A DNA stretch of 60,434 bases, filler included, from Sphacelaria rigidula (taxonomy: Eukaryota), in NCBI GenBank assembly GCA_964200075.2. It is 10 parts of 10 records of this genome, joined end to end, with 100 filler letters (N's around TTAATTAATTAA, not from the genome) between each part and the next. Parts side by side here need not be neighbours in the genome. Positions count along the whole stretch, not along the records: positions 30,270 to 36,222 come from CAXNAA020023253.1; positions 36,323 to 42,275 come from CAXNAA020023254.1; positions 42,376 to 48,328 come from CAXNAA020023255.1; positions 48,429 to 54,381 come from CAXNAA020023256.1; 6 more parts are not named here. One strand, written 5' to 3'. Of this stretch, positions 35,795 to 49,315 are shown in pieces. The number at the start of each line of letters is the position of its first letter. Positions within the stretch are counted from its first letter, which is position 1. Below the pieces are notes generated by a model. That model saw only the letters and a list, made by a program, of their open reading frames with translations. It had not been told where the DNA came from and made no database searches. Made by a program: the position numbers and the translations under genes.

Positions 35795-36573
35795 CAACTG
35801 CCGAATAATAATCTGTCACACAGGTACACACCAGGGGATAGTAGGGAAGAGGTGGGTTAACCCCTCGAGATGACTGTACGGACACGTTGCGAGGAGGGGT
35901 GGGCGAACCGTGAGCTATTATTTTTGTTATTGTTTTCGCACATTAGCCCAGTTTCTCGGACCCGTGGTCACAGGCATTGGTCCACCCTTCCAGCGGCGTC
36001 ACTGTTATCCCTTACATTTGAAAAAAAGCGCTCAATGCTTCTTCTGCGACTCCGAATTCAAAGCAAAATAACATCAAATGAAACAGTAGGAGAGAGACGC
36101 CGAGGAAACAGAGAAAGCGCCTCCCCCCGAGTGGGTAGTGTGTATTGTTGTTTTGTCGTCCCACCTATCCTGGACGCCAGTCTACACCTTTCGGTATATG
36201 TGGGCGCATCAGCCGCGGTCACNNNNNNNNNNNNNNNNNNNNNNNNNNNNNNNNNNNNNNNNNNNNTTAATTAATTAANNNNNNNNNNNNNNNNNNNNNN
36301 NNNNNNNNNNNNNNNNNNNNNNGGACTGCGTGGGGCGGGCGGGGGGTGGGGGGGGGAGGGGGGGGGGGGATCACTGGAGCCGTTTGAGCTTCACAAATGC
36401 TATAGTAGGCGATGACTTCTATAAAACGCATGGACAGGAGAACCATACCGCTACATCTGTTATTCAAAGAGAAGAACTGGTCTTGAGTTGCCCATCACCT
36501 GGTGGTTCAGCATGCCGCTCCAGCATCCAAGTTCGTCTTGTTTTACCTTGGTGGATTTCAAGTTTATTGCATT

Positions 36574-37831
36574 TTGGTTGATTGGTTGACTGGTTGTCCC
36601 GCATTCACTGATCCCCCAGGGATCCAGCCGTGGTCACATTAGTCACATGATAGACGTACCCGAGATGGAACAAAACAGAAACACACGTTGGAGAAAGGTT
36701 GAAGGAAACAGAAAGGTGGAACAGACACAAAGAGTAGAATGAAAATAAATAAAACGAAAACGAAAACGAAAACGAAAATAGAGACAGAAACAAAGACAAA
36801 AAAATGAACGAACGAGGATCGAAAACAACGCAGAACACTCAGAAAAGGCCGGCCTTCGGAGCAAGGCTTCAGGTGGAACAGGCCTTGCGCAACGGTACCA
36901 GCATTCATACCCAGCCGAAAAGAAAAAAACGCCGTGGGAGCACATCGCGGCTCATCTATTTTGGCCACACTACTTCAAGTACGAGCTCCTACCTATGAAC
37001 TCTGCGTGAGCGAGGCACCAAACTGCGACTTGCGTACACCGGGGGGAAAGAACACACATAAAGAGATGGGGAGAAAAAGAGAAGAGGGAAGAACGAGACT
37101 ATGGAAGTGATGAACCCCTCGGACACGTTGAAGTAGAGCAGGTACATAGACACAACCAGAGAATACCACAAGACCATCGGCCAAGGCCATATTCAAGGAC
37201 GACATCAACAACCAGCAGGAAACAACGGGGGGACATCAGTTTCCGTGTTAAGTCTTGTCTTCCCCCATTTATCGCTGGTCGGGTACAAAGGGGGCCATTC
37301 TCCCGATCATTTGCATCCTAATTTCTGTGCGAGCTGTTGCGGTTGTTATGCTAACGGTGACAGCTCTTCGATTGACGGCTCACGACGCAGCAGCCTCTCG
37401 ATTGTAGCGGAGGCCCGATTCGCGTTTGTCTTTGCGTCGCCAGGTGTCCTTGAAATCTCCCCCCCCCCGTTCTCGACTCCGAGATACCATTTACCCAAGT
37501 TCTTCGCCTCAGTGAACCAGTCGCACGCGTCGTTAAACTTCACGCCGTAAATAAACCATGCCTGTTGTGCTCCGCAGCGTGGAAGGGCCCGTGGTGCACG
37601 TAGGTTCTCCTGGGAGTTGTCTCCCCAGTGTTTTGCGGGGCGGCCAGCCTCCTTGGGCCTCTGTGCGGCTACCTTTCCGAGCGTTACGCGTTGTGGAATA
37701 TGTGTTTCGTCCTGCCTGGCAAGGGCTCCCGCGAACCAGAGTTGATCATTTCGGATGGTCGCCTCGATACGTTCGCAGTTGATCATCTCAAGCACCGGTC
37801 TGAGTACCATTCGGTTACCGTCGTAGACCAT
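36574..37831 (-). mobile_element. 5'-truncated RTE-clade LINE: C-terminal ORF remnant (37346-37831), inferred 3' UTR and (CAAY)n tail
   Basis: IEATIRNDQLWFAGALARQDETHIPQRVTLG...GRPAKHWGD matches the RTE C-terminal pattern RxLxFxGHxxRxxxxRxPKxxxxG...GRPxxxWxD. The tail matches 29095-29177. Continuity of ORF and tail is inferred. Confidence 0.75.
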
Positions 37832-38863
37832 AGAAACATAACGGCGGACTGTCCTTCAAGCACCGTCTATCCGATTGTATTGAGAAATCTAACCCGCATG
37901 GTATTTGTTCGCTGACGGTCATCCCCATCCACTTCAACGTTTTCGTGGTGTTTATAGGCATCGGCATTCAGTCATGATACTCGCTTCAAGTGCAAACGAT
38001 AGAAGGCGATATTCTAGTAGCACCGCTACGTGATCCGGCGATGTAGGTGGGGGGGGGGGGGTTGATAGCACGGGAAGCAAAACTTAATGGGTTTACAGTA
38101 GAACACCTAGAACACCACCCTGTACCAGCACACTTATTGGGGGCTTGCACCCGAGTATATATATCGTCAACCAATGTGAATAAGCGTGTTACGTTGGTAT
38201 CGAGAGCATTCAAGTGAGATGTACAGCCTACAGGAATGCTTCAAAGTGGCTACTCGGCGGAAGACGTGGCTCGAGCCCCCCCCCCTCTTTTTGTAGGATG
38301 ACACACCACTCCGCATCAATTGAGGGACATGTTTTCCTACCCCCGCCGTGTGAAAAACTGTATCCTACATATGATTTGTCACCGTAGAAGCAACGCACAC
38401 GAGCATGTAGAAAATGGGCACGAGACGAGATGCGAACTTGGATTTCATCTCTTATCACCTCGCCTTCTGGAACATATTTTGGAATTCATGGCTAACAGTC
38501 CCCGGTGATGGCACTTTGTCTTCATTTTTTCGATTGCTTTGGTTCCACTGACACTGACGGTTGGTCGACGGAGATATATCACAATTTTTTCTCCGTACGC
38601 GAGCTCTCCAAGTAAAAGATTTCCTGGCGAGAATAGCGGTTGTAACAGCTATCACGAGGGGTTCATTATCCACCTATTCTTTCACCCCCCCACAAAATGT
38701 GAAGCGTGCAAACGTACCTCGTTCACACGTTCACCGAGGTACATTGTTGGGGTGAGAATTCGGTAGCAAAGAATACTCATCCACCTTCAAACACAGTCAG
38801 CAACCCGATATCTTCCCTGCATCGAGGTAACATATCTTGTCGCGGCATCGTGTGCACCTTCAG

Positions 38864-39022
38864 ATCGATGCAACCCACGCGGCGCGCCTAGACCTGCTGC
38901 AGCAAAAGATAGACATACAGACGAGGACAGCCGAGCAATCCCAGGACCAAAGCGCGATATACCAGTACCTCAGGAAGAAATTGCAGGATAACTACGTGGC
39001 TATCGCGGAGCTGGAAACTAAG
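38864..39022 (+). CDS. Coiled-coil protein exon, CFAP157-like
   Basis: Phase-0 exon (cag/gtaaga) encoding ...QSQDQSAIYQYLRKKLQDNYVAIAELETK. Resemblance to CFAP157 is from memory. Confidence 0.7.
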
Positions 39023-39646
39023 GTAAGAGATTATGCTTTTTCAGCACCCACGGTATAGGGAACCCTGTACATCTAAACGAGCGGTACAAGAGCAGGGTAA
39101 CCACCGACGTACGAATGCCCGAATTCTATCCAACAATCGGAGTTACCCTACATGAAGTTCATAATTTTGTCTGAAGTTCTGGAGTTTACCTTTCACCCCA
39201 TTGCATTGGGTCATGTATCCTTCGAGATATAGTACTAGGGTAATGCCGACCGACCCGCATGAAAATGAATATTGACACAGTTAGAGTTATCTATTCATCG
39301 CTTCAAGCAATCCTCTGGTCGACGCGCGAAACACGGGACGAGCGGGGATACGTACGGAAACAATCCCTCGCAAATAGTCACGAGGCGTGAAAATCCAACC
39401 AACGCGCCGTAGAGCGCAAGATCGACGACAGATCAGCGTGAAACCGAGTTGGGCAATTTCCTGTTTGTAGAATGCCCGACGTGCCCCGGTCCACGTCGTG
39501 CTTAGATTTCCTGCTTTGTGCCGGCAACGCAGCGTTGTGCAGCGCACCAGTAGTACCTGTGTGCAAAGCAAGAGGCGAGATATCACACAAAAAAGTTTTT
39601 TTTGGCACTACTGTACTTCCCGCGCGCTACTCGTGTGTGCGTAGTC

Positions 39647-39958
39647 GCCGCGTCCCGGTGGTGTAATGGTCCGAATGTCGACATTACGGTGGAGAGAACG
39701 GGGTTCAATTCCCGATGCGTTGGGTTTTTCTTCGTCATGTATGATTTTCACCGTGGAAAGCGTGAGAACGTGAGTAAACAAGATGATCGGCTGGGTTTCT
39801 GTGACGTGAGTTGACGCGGTGCGGGAGTGCGGACCCAATCCGCGAGACCAAAATGAAAGGCACGTACCGGGGGAGAGATGGGTTGATCCCTTGTGACCAC
39901 AGACTCATCCCGAGGAAGGGGAGGGGCTCAAAGTGTGAGAAAAAAAAGAAAAAAAAAA
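39647..39958 (+). mobile_element. tRNA-derived SINE family 1 (full length)
   Basis: A-box tggtgtaatgg, B-box ggttcaattcc, body, A-rich tail. Confidence 0.88.
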
Positions 39959-40084
39959 CTCTGCTACCGGCGCTGGTAAAGACTGAACACCTGACAGAAT
40001 AACTGACACGATCAGAATTGCTAGTCAACCTTTGACTTGCCTATTCGGCTCATTCTTCATCCATGTCTTCGTTTTTCGCGGTAG

Positions 40085-40174
40085 GTATCGCAAGCGCATA
40101 CCGACAGGCTCGCTCGGGAACGAGTACTGATCGAAGAGGCTAGCCAGCTGGAGGCGCAGCGCGAGATAGACAAG
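40085..40174 (+). CDS. Coiled-coil protein, probable next exon (GC donor)
   Basis: VSQAHTDRLARERVLIEEASQLEAQREIDK, phase 0, ending AAG|gcgcgg. Confidence 0.6.
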
Positions 40175-40827
40175 GCGCGGACGTGATACCACTTGTACAG
40201 GAAAAGAGCGCTGCTGTTTTCCTTGAGTTCAGAAAACTCGCCCGTTGCGTTCCCTGGTGTGGGAGGAGTCAGTCCACTTGACAAGCCTACGGGTACGCCC
40301 TTGTACTGTCGGCCAAGCGTGTCGATCGTCGCGTATCACATGAACGCATCAGGGAAAGAATTAGCACGATATAATCCTTTGTCTCTCTTCTCACTCTCCT
40401 TTGGAACGGTCCGGACTCCCCCTATGATGCCGGGTATCTACCATTTGCTAGGTCAAACTCTCGAAAGAAGTCATAGCTCTCGGATCGAATCTCGACGCAC
40501 TCAAGGACTTTCGGGAAAATTCTTCCACTCACCAGATGAAGGTAGGGGGAACGTGCGGGGGAAGACTCGGGGCGCGCCGGGGTGGGGTGTACTCATGATC
40601 TTGCACGCTGCAGTCATAAGACCATTGACCTCGCATCCCTACAAAGGGGCTGGGGGGGGGGGGTGTAAAACAAATTCAAGAAACCTCGCGTGCTGACATT
40701 TCTCCTGCGTGATCCCTGCTGATGCGTCCACGTATACCGAAAGGTGTAGGCTGGCGTCCAGAATAGACGGGATGCTAATAAACACAACAGCAACACACAC
40801 ACTTCCAACTGCCTTTCCCCCCAACAG

Positions 40828-40902
40828 CTCAATGAGCTGGAGGCTTCGATTTCGGATTGCAAAGAGGCGTTCCGGACGGAGGTGGCCTCGCTTGAGTCTC
40901 AG
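40828..40902 (+). CDS. Coiled-coil protein, probable further exon
   Basis: 75 nt, cag/gtgggt, encoding LNELEASISDCKEAFRTEVASLESQ. Confidence 0.6.
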
Positions 40903-41019
40903 GTGGGTTTTGGTCTCTGTGCGCTTGGCTAAGCATTAGAGCCAGACTTGGCGTCCCCAAACGCCATTCCGAGTCGGTTTCGGATTCGTGGCCATGAGAT
41001 TGAGACTACACCAAAGGCG

Positions 41020-41435
41020 AGATTAAGAGTCTGGTAGTTGATATGGCCAAGACGTGCCACTTGACCGAAGCCTGAACTTGTTGCCAAGCTGTACGGCTTT
41101 AGTGGGAGATGCACGCTCAAAGCCCGCTCAAAACTGACAGCAGCACGTCCTCCTCTACGGGATGCTGACGTATACAGTGACGTGGGATTGCTCAACATGG
41201 CGACTGCCATTCCTGTTCATTGGATTCGAAACACACAGTACAGTGTATACGTGAGAGTTCTCAATAGAGGCATACCATGTTTCCCCCTTGAGTTCCAGAC
41301 AACGAACCTTGACGGCCATCCTGCGTACCACCTTTTGTAAAACGACGATCCTCAGATGGAAGGCGAGCGAGAATCCAGACGGCAGGAAATCGAAGAGAGA
41401 ACTAAGGTTACGAAAAAGGTGAACCCATAATATAC
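41020..41435 (-). pseudogene. Decayed Ty1/Copia pol fragment (GAG-pre-integrase region)
   Basis: ARLGHINYQTL matches the Copia WHxRLGH motif. Upstream LSGTQGGNMVCL resembles GxRxGNLYxL. Confidence 0.5.
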
Positions 41436-41442
41436 GCTTAAG

Positions 41443-41801
41443 CCGGTCGCCCCGGTGGCTCAGTTGGTAAACTCGAAACCTTCTGACGATTGGGTCGTGG
41501 GTTCAAATCTCGGAGCGATCTGGGATTGTTCTCTCACACCATGCCCAACAGTGGAGAGCGACTATGCCGTGGGTACACAACATTCGACTTCACGGTCGGC
41601 GAGGGAAAAGGGACTGCTGAACCCCTCTCGCGATAAAAACATAAAGGCAAGCACCACATAAGGAAGGTGGGGTACGAAAAACAAATAGCAAAGAAAAAGC
41701 CCCTGTGTTGACATTCCTCCTGTGTGACCCGGCTGGTGAGCCCACATAAACGGAAAGGTGTAGACCGGCGTCCAGAATAGATGGGACGACAACACACACA
41801 C
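41443..41801 (+). mobile_element. tRNA-derived SINE family 2 with (AC)n tail; 3' fragments at about 36135-36222(-), 40690-40802(+) and 60362-60434(-)
   Basis: A-box tggctcagttgg, B-box ggttcaaatc, body ending ccagaatagatgggacgacaacacacacac. Resembles the abundant brown-algal (Ectocarpus-type) SINE as recalled. Confidence 0.88.
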
Positions 41802-43516
41802 TTCCACAAGTTATCGTTGTCCTAGCGCCGGATACTCTTGAGAAAAATTGCGGGTCCGTCTTTTCGCTCCGGCGAGTAGAAGATGCACAGGGTCGATTAT
41901 GTATTTTTCTTGTTGTCCATGTATGTCGTGGAAAGTTTTTTCACATCGTTGTCGACGTATGCATGTGACGCTTGAAAGTTTTACCCTTTGGAAGCAGATT
42001 TCATACGGCAAGTGCGCGTTTGTTCTTCATGACGTTGCCAAGTGTGTAACGTCGATAGGAACAGCAACACACAAAAATCCTAGAGAATCACTATTCGAGT
42101 ATCTGGAACAAGAGCAGAGCTAAAAGAGAGTTTCGGAAAACGCTCTTTTTTGTCATTTCAGAGTGCAAATAACTCAGGATCAGAGTGTGACGAAAGAATA
42201 TCCCCCCCCCCCCCCCCCCCCCCCCAAAAGCCCCTCCTCGTTGTTGACCGAAAGGAAAGGGAAGGTGAGGGAAGGNNNNNNNNNNNNNNNNNNNNNNNNN
42301 NNNNNNNNNNNNNNNNNNNTTAATTAATTAANNNNNNNNNNNNNNNNNNNNNNNNNNNNNNNNNNNNNNNNNNNNCCCAATTCGTTTCCGGTGATGAGAT
42401 ATTGCTCTGCCAGGTTAAATCCGTTTCTGGGCTGGCCCAGCTCGTAGGCCACGGGGGTGAGCCACTATCGGGCATTTTTACAGCAGGACACGGGTCTACC
42501 GGGAGGAAAAATCTGGACACGTAGCCCCCCCCCGGAGGGCAATTTCTCAAAAACTGTCACAATTTTTTTCTCTAATATTGTTGGAAAAAGTTTTCAAGGA
42601 ACACCGACAAAAACCGAGAAGTCTGGTGGTCTTTGCGACGTTCGTATACTTGCTTCTGCTCCTTGCCCGCTCTGTTCCGATGACCTCGGATGCCGGCCAC
42701 GCTCACATGCATGTATGCACACGAGCGCACGGTAGCGACAGCCTGAAGCCGAAGGAGCAACATTATCTCTCGCCTTGCCAAACTTAACCGAGCTGCTGGT
42801 AGGTTCTCGAGGCACTCGACACGGAACATGATCCCATAAATGTAAACATGGTGAAATGAGCTACTGAAGATGAGCTTGGGGGGGGCGGCATGTCCGCCAT
42901 CTCAGCGGTCTCCGTGCCAAGGATCTATGCGCACAGCAACTGACCGGATCCACCAACGCCTCGGCTATAAACCAGGGGATAAGAGGCTGAGTGTCCCCGC
43001 CCCCGCCCTCCCTGACCCCTCCCTCAAAAACTCTTTTTTTTTTCTTGAGGCCTACGTGCCCAGAATTTTTCTCCCGGCAGACCCTTGGTGAGGAGACTTT
43101 TCTTTCAAACTTCTTTGACTATTTCGGGAAAATTGGAGTTTTTTTTCCGATCCTTGAAAAAAAATGTTGAAAAAAAAACACCGTCGATTTTCCGAGTAAT
43201 CTGTAGTCAGTCTTGAATCACTTATTGCCTGACCTATTAGTTTCAGAAATCAACTCTCACAATAGTCAAAGAAAAAAAGCCTGAGATTTCGTCTGGAAAA
43301 AGTCCCGTTCATAAAACTCCGAAGACCAGTACGACTCGTACGTGCGTTTGCTCTTGAGTGTGTGTGGAAGTAGATGTGGACTCGAGTGAAGAATGAAAAG
43401 TGAGAAGAGAGGGTAGTCGCGTCTCTCCTTGGAGTATGATCACATTTCGACGTTAAAATGGGCAATGACCCTAGGCAACGGAACATCCGTTCCGTACCAG
43501 TCAGTGCTAAAAATCG

Positions 43517-45227
43517 AAACGAGAAGCGGGTTCAATCGATATTTCAAAGAATCAATAAATATAGGCCGATACAAAGGGTGTCTTTAGTAGGCTATCTACT
43601 CTTGAGCACCCGGGTAAAATACCTGGGTGATTACTTCGCCCGAGTTTTGGGTCGAATGGGTACGATACAAATACCCTACCCGAAGTTTGGGTAGAGTTGG
43701 GTATGATGTCAATACTTTACCCAGATATTGGATGAACTCTGTCAGCAACACCCGGGTATAGTGTATCACTTGGGCATGATCTCCATACTATACGCAAACA
43801 TTGGGTTATTTGGGTATGTTGTCAATACTCTACACGAAGATTGGGTATGACCTCAATACTCCACTTGAATCTGGGTAACGTTGGGTATGTTGTCAATACT
43901 CTACGCGAGTTTCGGGTAGTTTGGGTACGATCTCAATACTATACCCAAAAATTGTGTAGGTAATCTCAGTATACGTGACCGTTGGTGACGTCGTGACGTC
44001 ACTTCGTAGACTACCTTGACTGTGAGGGCGCATGATGACCATCAGCAAAACAAGTGTAGTTTCATCGCCCTACATATGATAACTCCGACTTGTGGCCAGA
44101 ACTCAGTTTTCAGCACAGAGTCCACAGCACATGTTTGTATGTATTTGAGTAGACGAGTAAAGGAGTAAAGCCTGGCCGACAATGCGGACCACACGCTACC
44201 GGAACTATTACAGACGCTGCGGTCCAGGACGAGACAGTACTCTCCGTACAAGAATACAACAGTACGACGTATTATAGTAAGATCACTCTCACGCATATGT
44301 CGTACTGTTGATACTTTGGTCCTGCCCTGCCCTGAAATACACTACTGTATACTTGATTGCACTGTTTGCATGTGTAGCTATCTCTGTAGCGCGTGGCGTC
44401 TAAGACATATCCTTTTGAACTGAAAAAAAATACGACAACAAGAGATATTCTTAGTGTCAACGGGCGACCCATTGCGCTTTGTCCATGGTGGTGCAAAGTA
44501 TACGTATATATCGAACTGCTTGTGCGTCTATCCTGCCCTTTCCTTTTCTGTCCTTCAGATGCACTGTTCAGTTGTTTCGGCATGTGTGTGTGTGTGTGTT
44601 TTGGCACACACACTGTCTGTTCAGTAGTTTCGGTAGTGTGCGGTGTCTAAAATGTATGCGTCTGGAAACTAAGAGAAACAATTCAGCAAGGATGGGTGAA
44701 GTTGATTTTGTGTGTAGGATCAGTGAACACCCGAAAACGTTTTTTTCAAAAACATGTGGATGTATATTCAGGTTACGACCGACATGCCTGGTATAGTAAA
44801 TACTTTTGAATATCCAGGTGTAGTACTCGGGTGTTTACTCTACCCAAGTTTTTGGTAGATTGGCCCCGATTTCAACATCCCACCCAAATGTTGAGTAGAG
44901 TTGGGTTTGATCTCGATACTCTTGCCAGAGGATGAAGAGGTGTTGGTTTTGATTTCGATAGTCTACCAAACATTGAGTGAGTACTCTCAGATATACCCGG
45001 GTAAAGTTTATCACTTGGGAATAATCTCGATACTCGAATCAAGATTTGGGTAAGTACTTCTGCAATACCTGGGTGTGGAGCATCGCTTAGATGTGAACTC
45101 ATTTCTGTACTCAATTTCTGCGGAAATCGAGTACGATCTCAATACTCTTATCCAATATTTCGGGTGCTAGAAGTACGAATTTTCAAAATACCCGGTTACC
45201 GGGTATTACACCCTACCAAACACACCC
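43517..45227. mobile_element. Tourist/PIF-Harbinger-like non-autonomous element with ~40-bp internal tandem repeats and an unrelated central segment
   Basis: TIR gggtgtctttagtagg / cctaccaaacacaccc. Arrays of ttgggtatgatctcaatactctaccc variants at about 43640-43975 and 44810-45200. Confidence 0.6.
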
Positions 45228-46384
45228 TTGGACGATACGTACGATACTCGATCTCGATTCAATATCCAGCTGCGTTGTATCGGCCAGAGTATGCGATTGA
45301 GCGTCATCCAGCAGATAGTAGATAAGACTATTAATAGTGCAGGTTCTAGGATCAAAATGAACGTATACCACAAGAGGGCACTTTAGCAACGGGCATGAAC
45401 AGCAGCTTCTGCGTCTGGTTCATAAAATACTCGTGATCTACCATGTCGATCAGGACGAGGTGTGTAGGTGTTTCGTTGCGTCCTCAGTAGTACGAGCTGA
45501 TGAAAACGGCTTTTGATGTGTTCCTATCGATCAGCGCATACCTCCACACCATGCGCAGGTTTACTGTGTGCTTGCAACAGGGACCCTTTCAATTGAGTAT
45601 GCCAACCCAATGCACCAACAAGCAGCCCAGCGAAATATCAAGCTAGTTGCAAATTCTTATTGCACACAGTTCGTACAGAACGTGACGAAAAATCCTCACT
45701 AGACTACGCAAACCACTTGTATTTTAATAAAGGAGAGAAGGAAACACCACAAAGAATACCCATGAAAATACCCATAAAAGTACCCACCTCCCGAAGGACA
45801 GCCACTTGTCTTTGCCAAAATCATAAGGAAAAAAAGAATGACTGAGCAAATTCGGCGGGTTTTGCACCAAGGTGGCGGTGCCTTCCCGTGTGGCATTTGC
45901 CATCATTAATGTAAACAAGGGCTGCTGTCCCGTCCGTTTCCGACGGCTTCGTGTAGTCTATCCTGCCCTAACCCGTACTTGCATGTGCCGTACACTATAC
46001 TGCCACCGTTTTTGCATGCATGCATGTAAGGTACAGTCACGTGGTACGGCTGCGTGTGTAGTCTGTACTGCTGCACACCGTTACTGGCTGCGTTGTATTG
46101 CTGCTGTACTGTGTGCTGTATATGTTGCCTTTACTGTGCTATGTGCGGCTGTATTTTGACGTGCAATATGTACTGGTGATCGTGGCTCTCGAGTTTGGCT
46201 CCCTTCCTGTTTGGCCTCGCGTGTTGAGTGGGTCAATGGGCCCTGCCTCCAGTAGCCCGAATGGTCGCATATGACATTGGAACTTAGAGGGCAGGCAGTA
46301 CTCCTTTTTTTTCCCCTCTTTTTTCTTCTTTATTAGTATATATATTTTTTGTATCGCATCTGTTTATGATTTTTCTTTTACCCT

Positions 46385-46507
46385 ATATTGGGGGTAGTTA
46401 GCCTGTGATCACGGAAGGCGTCTGCAGATATCGGAACGGTTATTAATTTGAAGACGACAACAACAACAACAACAACAACAACATCAACAACATCAACAAC
46501 ATCAACA
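46385..46507 (+). repeat. (CAA)n microsatellite, possibly the tail of another LINE/SINE 3' end
   Basis: ...gtgatcacgg...aatttgaagacgacaacaacaac(n), preceded by a T-rich UTR-like stretch. Confidence 0.55.
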
Positions 46508-47026
46508 AGCATCCCTCCGGGAGGAGGGGGCGTACTCATTTGTTGCTTGCCTTAGTCGTTCGACCGTTGACCACGAATCCCTTTCGAGACGGAGCAAGGA
46601 GGGGGGGGAGAAACGATCCCGGAGAGCTTTCCTGCCCTACAAAGACCGTTTCAGGAAAAATATCTGGAGAAGCCCCTCAGACCTTCCCCAGAAAGTGTTT
46701 CCTCTGGGTCATAAGGAGCGGCTTCATATAACGTATAGTGTTCCCCTTGGTAATTATGTTGCTCGCTTCTGTTGTGTCCCCCAAGATTTTCGTCAATCGA
46801 AGTGTTTTTCCCGCGCGATAGCGTCGAAACATCCTCTGCGATCCCGGCGGCAGATGCCGTGGCGCCGCTGTTGTACTGACCGCTTCCCAAAATCTAGCTG
46901 CTGCGTCCGGAATAAATCGATGTCTGCCTCTCATGCATGCCTTTCCCCCTCCCCCTTCCAACGGCTTCCACGTCCGCCTGGCCATTCGGCTGCTCCTTTG
47001 TCCGCTCCTTCTTTCCGCCGGTGCAG

Positions 47027-47166
47027 GCCCTCTACGGCAAGACAATCGTGAGGATCCTGTCACGTCCCGGAAAGATGGGTCTCGGGACGGCCTACATGGA
47101 CGGGCTGCGGATGATAACGGGCTCGCACGTCATCCTCATGGATGCCGACATGTCTCACCACCCCAA
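47027..47166 (+). CDS. DPM1: Dolichol-phosphate mannosyltransferase catalytic subunit (GT2), exon
   Basis: Encodes ALYGKTIVRILSRPGKMGLGTAYMDGL...VILMDADMSHHP (RxxKxGLGTAY and DADxSHHP motifs); cag acceptor, gt donor. Confidence 0.93.
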
Positions 47167-47639
47167 GTGTGTGTTGTGTGGTGTAGTGGCACAGTTCGAG
47201 AAATCCGGTTTTTGCTGTCAGTGTGACTGCGAGTCATGTCAGGGTAGATATTCCATAGCTGGAAAGTTTCGGATACCACTTTTTCTTCACACAACACCAG
47301 AAAGCTCATCACTCCTGAGCAAAGAAAAACGGGTTCCGGAAACGGTCTCGTCAGGTTGATAATTACGCTCACAAACGTTTTGGCTGACAGAAAACGAAAC
47401 GATTTAATGAAGATGTCTATTGTGCGATTTTACATCGGAAGTTTCCTGGTACCCTCCGAACGATATACTGAAATTTAATATCCTGTAAACGAGGCCGGGC
47501 CCCGATGGTTGAACCAGTACGTGATCGTTCAGTTTGGGCGGAGTAACAGTAGTGGGATCGAGTACCGAGAGTCACAGTCAGTGTTACTGATATACGTCGA
47601 GCACGGCGTCTGAACGCGAGTTAACCAAAAAGAAGCATG

Positions 47640-48060
47640 AAAGTCGACCGGGTGCGGGAATGCTGATGGCCTGTCAGATCCAATGCTTGATAATACATTG
47701 CAGGGCAGACATCGGTAAATAAGTTATTTTGATTCCTCGAGAACACCAAATCTTCCCGAGGATTGGGAGGGCATGGCCGGAGAAGAAGGATATCGTGCGT
47801 TCGATATGGTGCTGTTGACGTCGGGTGGTTCGCTATCGTGTTGCTGGCCTCGATCGGTGGCGCGGCCGTCCTCTCGTGTTTCGTTTTTAGTTTGAGAGCG
47901 TATTTTGACGAAACGACAATCAGTGACGGTTGGGTGGCGTACACAAAACGAGGTTTGAAGTGCACAGTCATTGTGTGTGAGCGGTGAGAATTCTGGACAA
48001 TGATCGGCTTCACAGGCAAATGGTCGAGATATTGTGATTCTTGTTGTTCATTTAGATGCC
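47640..48060 (-). pseudogene. Decayed Ty3/Gypsy integrase C-terminal region
   Basis: HLPVK...HFKPRFV...VVSSKYALKL...THDILLLRP resembles the GPY/F-region consensus KLxPRFxGPFxI..AYxLxLP..IHxVFHVSLLRP. Confidence 0.45.
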
Positions 48061-48882
48061 TGTGACCTCTTGTATTTTCAATAACGGGCGCTGATCGCAC
48101 CACACCACATCTCCTCTCTGGAATTGAGGGACTCCGGGCCAAGCTAGTACTATCATCACATGGGAAGCCCTGGATCTATTATCCCGTCGTTCCCACCTCT
48201 ATCCCCCACCCACTCTGGAACAAAAAGATCTCCCCCCCTACTCCTCCTTGTTGGAGGTATCTCTATTAGGAGTAGGAACGGTAGTCCGTCTCGGAGGGGA
48301 TGCGTGGTCAATGGTCAAACGACTAAGGNNNNNNNNNNNNNNNNNNNNNNNNNNNNNNNNNNNNNNNNNNNNTTAATTAATTAANNNNNNNNNNNNNNNN
48401 NNNNNNNNNNNNNNNNNNNNNNNNNNNNGTGCTCCGTCCCGGCTTTGCAGTGATGCGAGGTCAATGGTCTTATGACTATGGCCTGCATGGTCATGAGTAC
48501 ACCCCTCTGCCGGATGCTATACTCCGTACAGCCCGTCTAGCACGAACACTAAGTAATCTATGGCACTGACTAAGCCGTGGCACACGTGCACCCTACGTTG
48601 CACTGCAGGCTGTGAAAATGCTTGCCTGGGAAAGCTGCATGAGAGACAGGATAGACGTCTCACGAAGAGCGGAGGTGCGTACGTGTAATGATAGCGATGC
48701 TCCTGGCTACTAGCACTTGAGAAAATAACATTCACCTTCGGAAGGGTACTTGATCAGCAGCACCCGTCGATGAAAGTGTCTGATGATAGAATGTAGTTTT
48801 CACTCGTTAGCCGATTTTTCAGTTGGTTGAAGTCTAAGACCACATACCTCATCCAGTTTGAACTATGTTGTGTAGCTTAGAA

Positions 48883-49135
48883 TCACGAGCGTTCATCACG
48901 CTTTGGAAGATCGAGCGCTCGCCACGCCTTGAGACCTAAACTATTGCCATGGTAGGGTGCTGTGACTGTGTTTCGTGATTGATGTTTTGTGGTTTGTGTT
49001 TGTGTTTTGCGGGGGGGGGGGGGGGTGGTGTTGTGGCGGAGCACAGGCCGGGGTTTGCTTTTAGAAACTCCTACAAATNNNNNNNNNNGGGGGGGTGGGT
49101 TGGTGTTTTTGTTTGGTGTGTGTGTTGTTGTGGGT

Positions 49136-49169
<34 letters not shown>

Positions 49170-49315
49170 GTGTCCTGGCAGGACACATGCCGTAGTTTCC
49201 TTTGAAATACTCATAGAAGTCGTCCCTCAATAAATAGCCGTCGAGGTAATGAATCAAACGAGTCATCCCTCGTGATTCCTGTGCGGTCCTCACTCCACGA
49301 GGAAACCCATGCTCT
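48883..49315 (-). pseudogene. Possible decayed reverse-transcriptase fragment (DIRS-like), interrupted by a G-rich insertion
   Basis: GFPRGVRTAQ...LIHYLDGYLL resembles LPFGLxxAP...YLDDxL, but the spacing is short and the catalytic DD is not intact. Confidence 0.25.

Noticed and set aside
39647..39722. tRNA-like heads as functional tRNA genes (also 2240-2312, 30036-30105, 41446-41520)
   Set aside because: They have A/B boxes but no closed acceptor stem, and continue into repeated SINE bodies.
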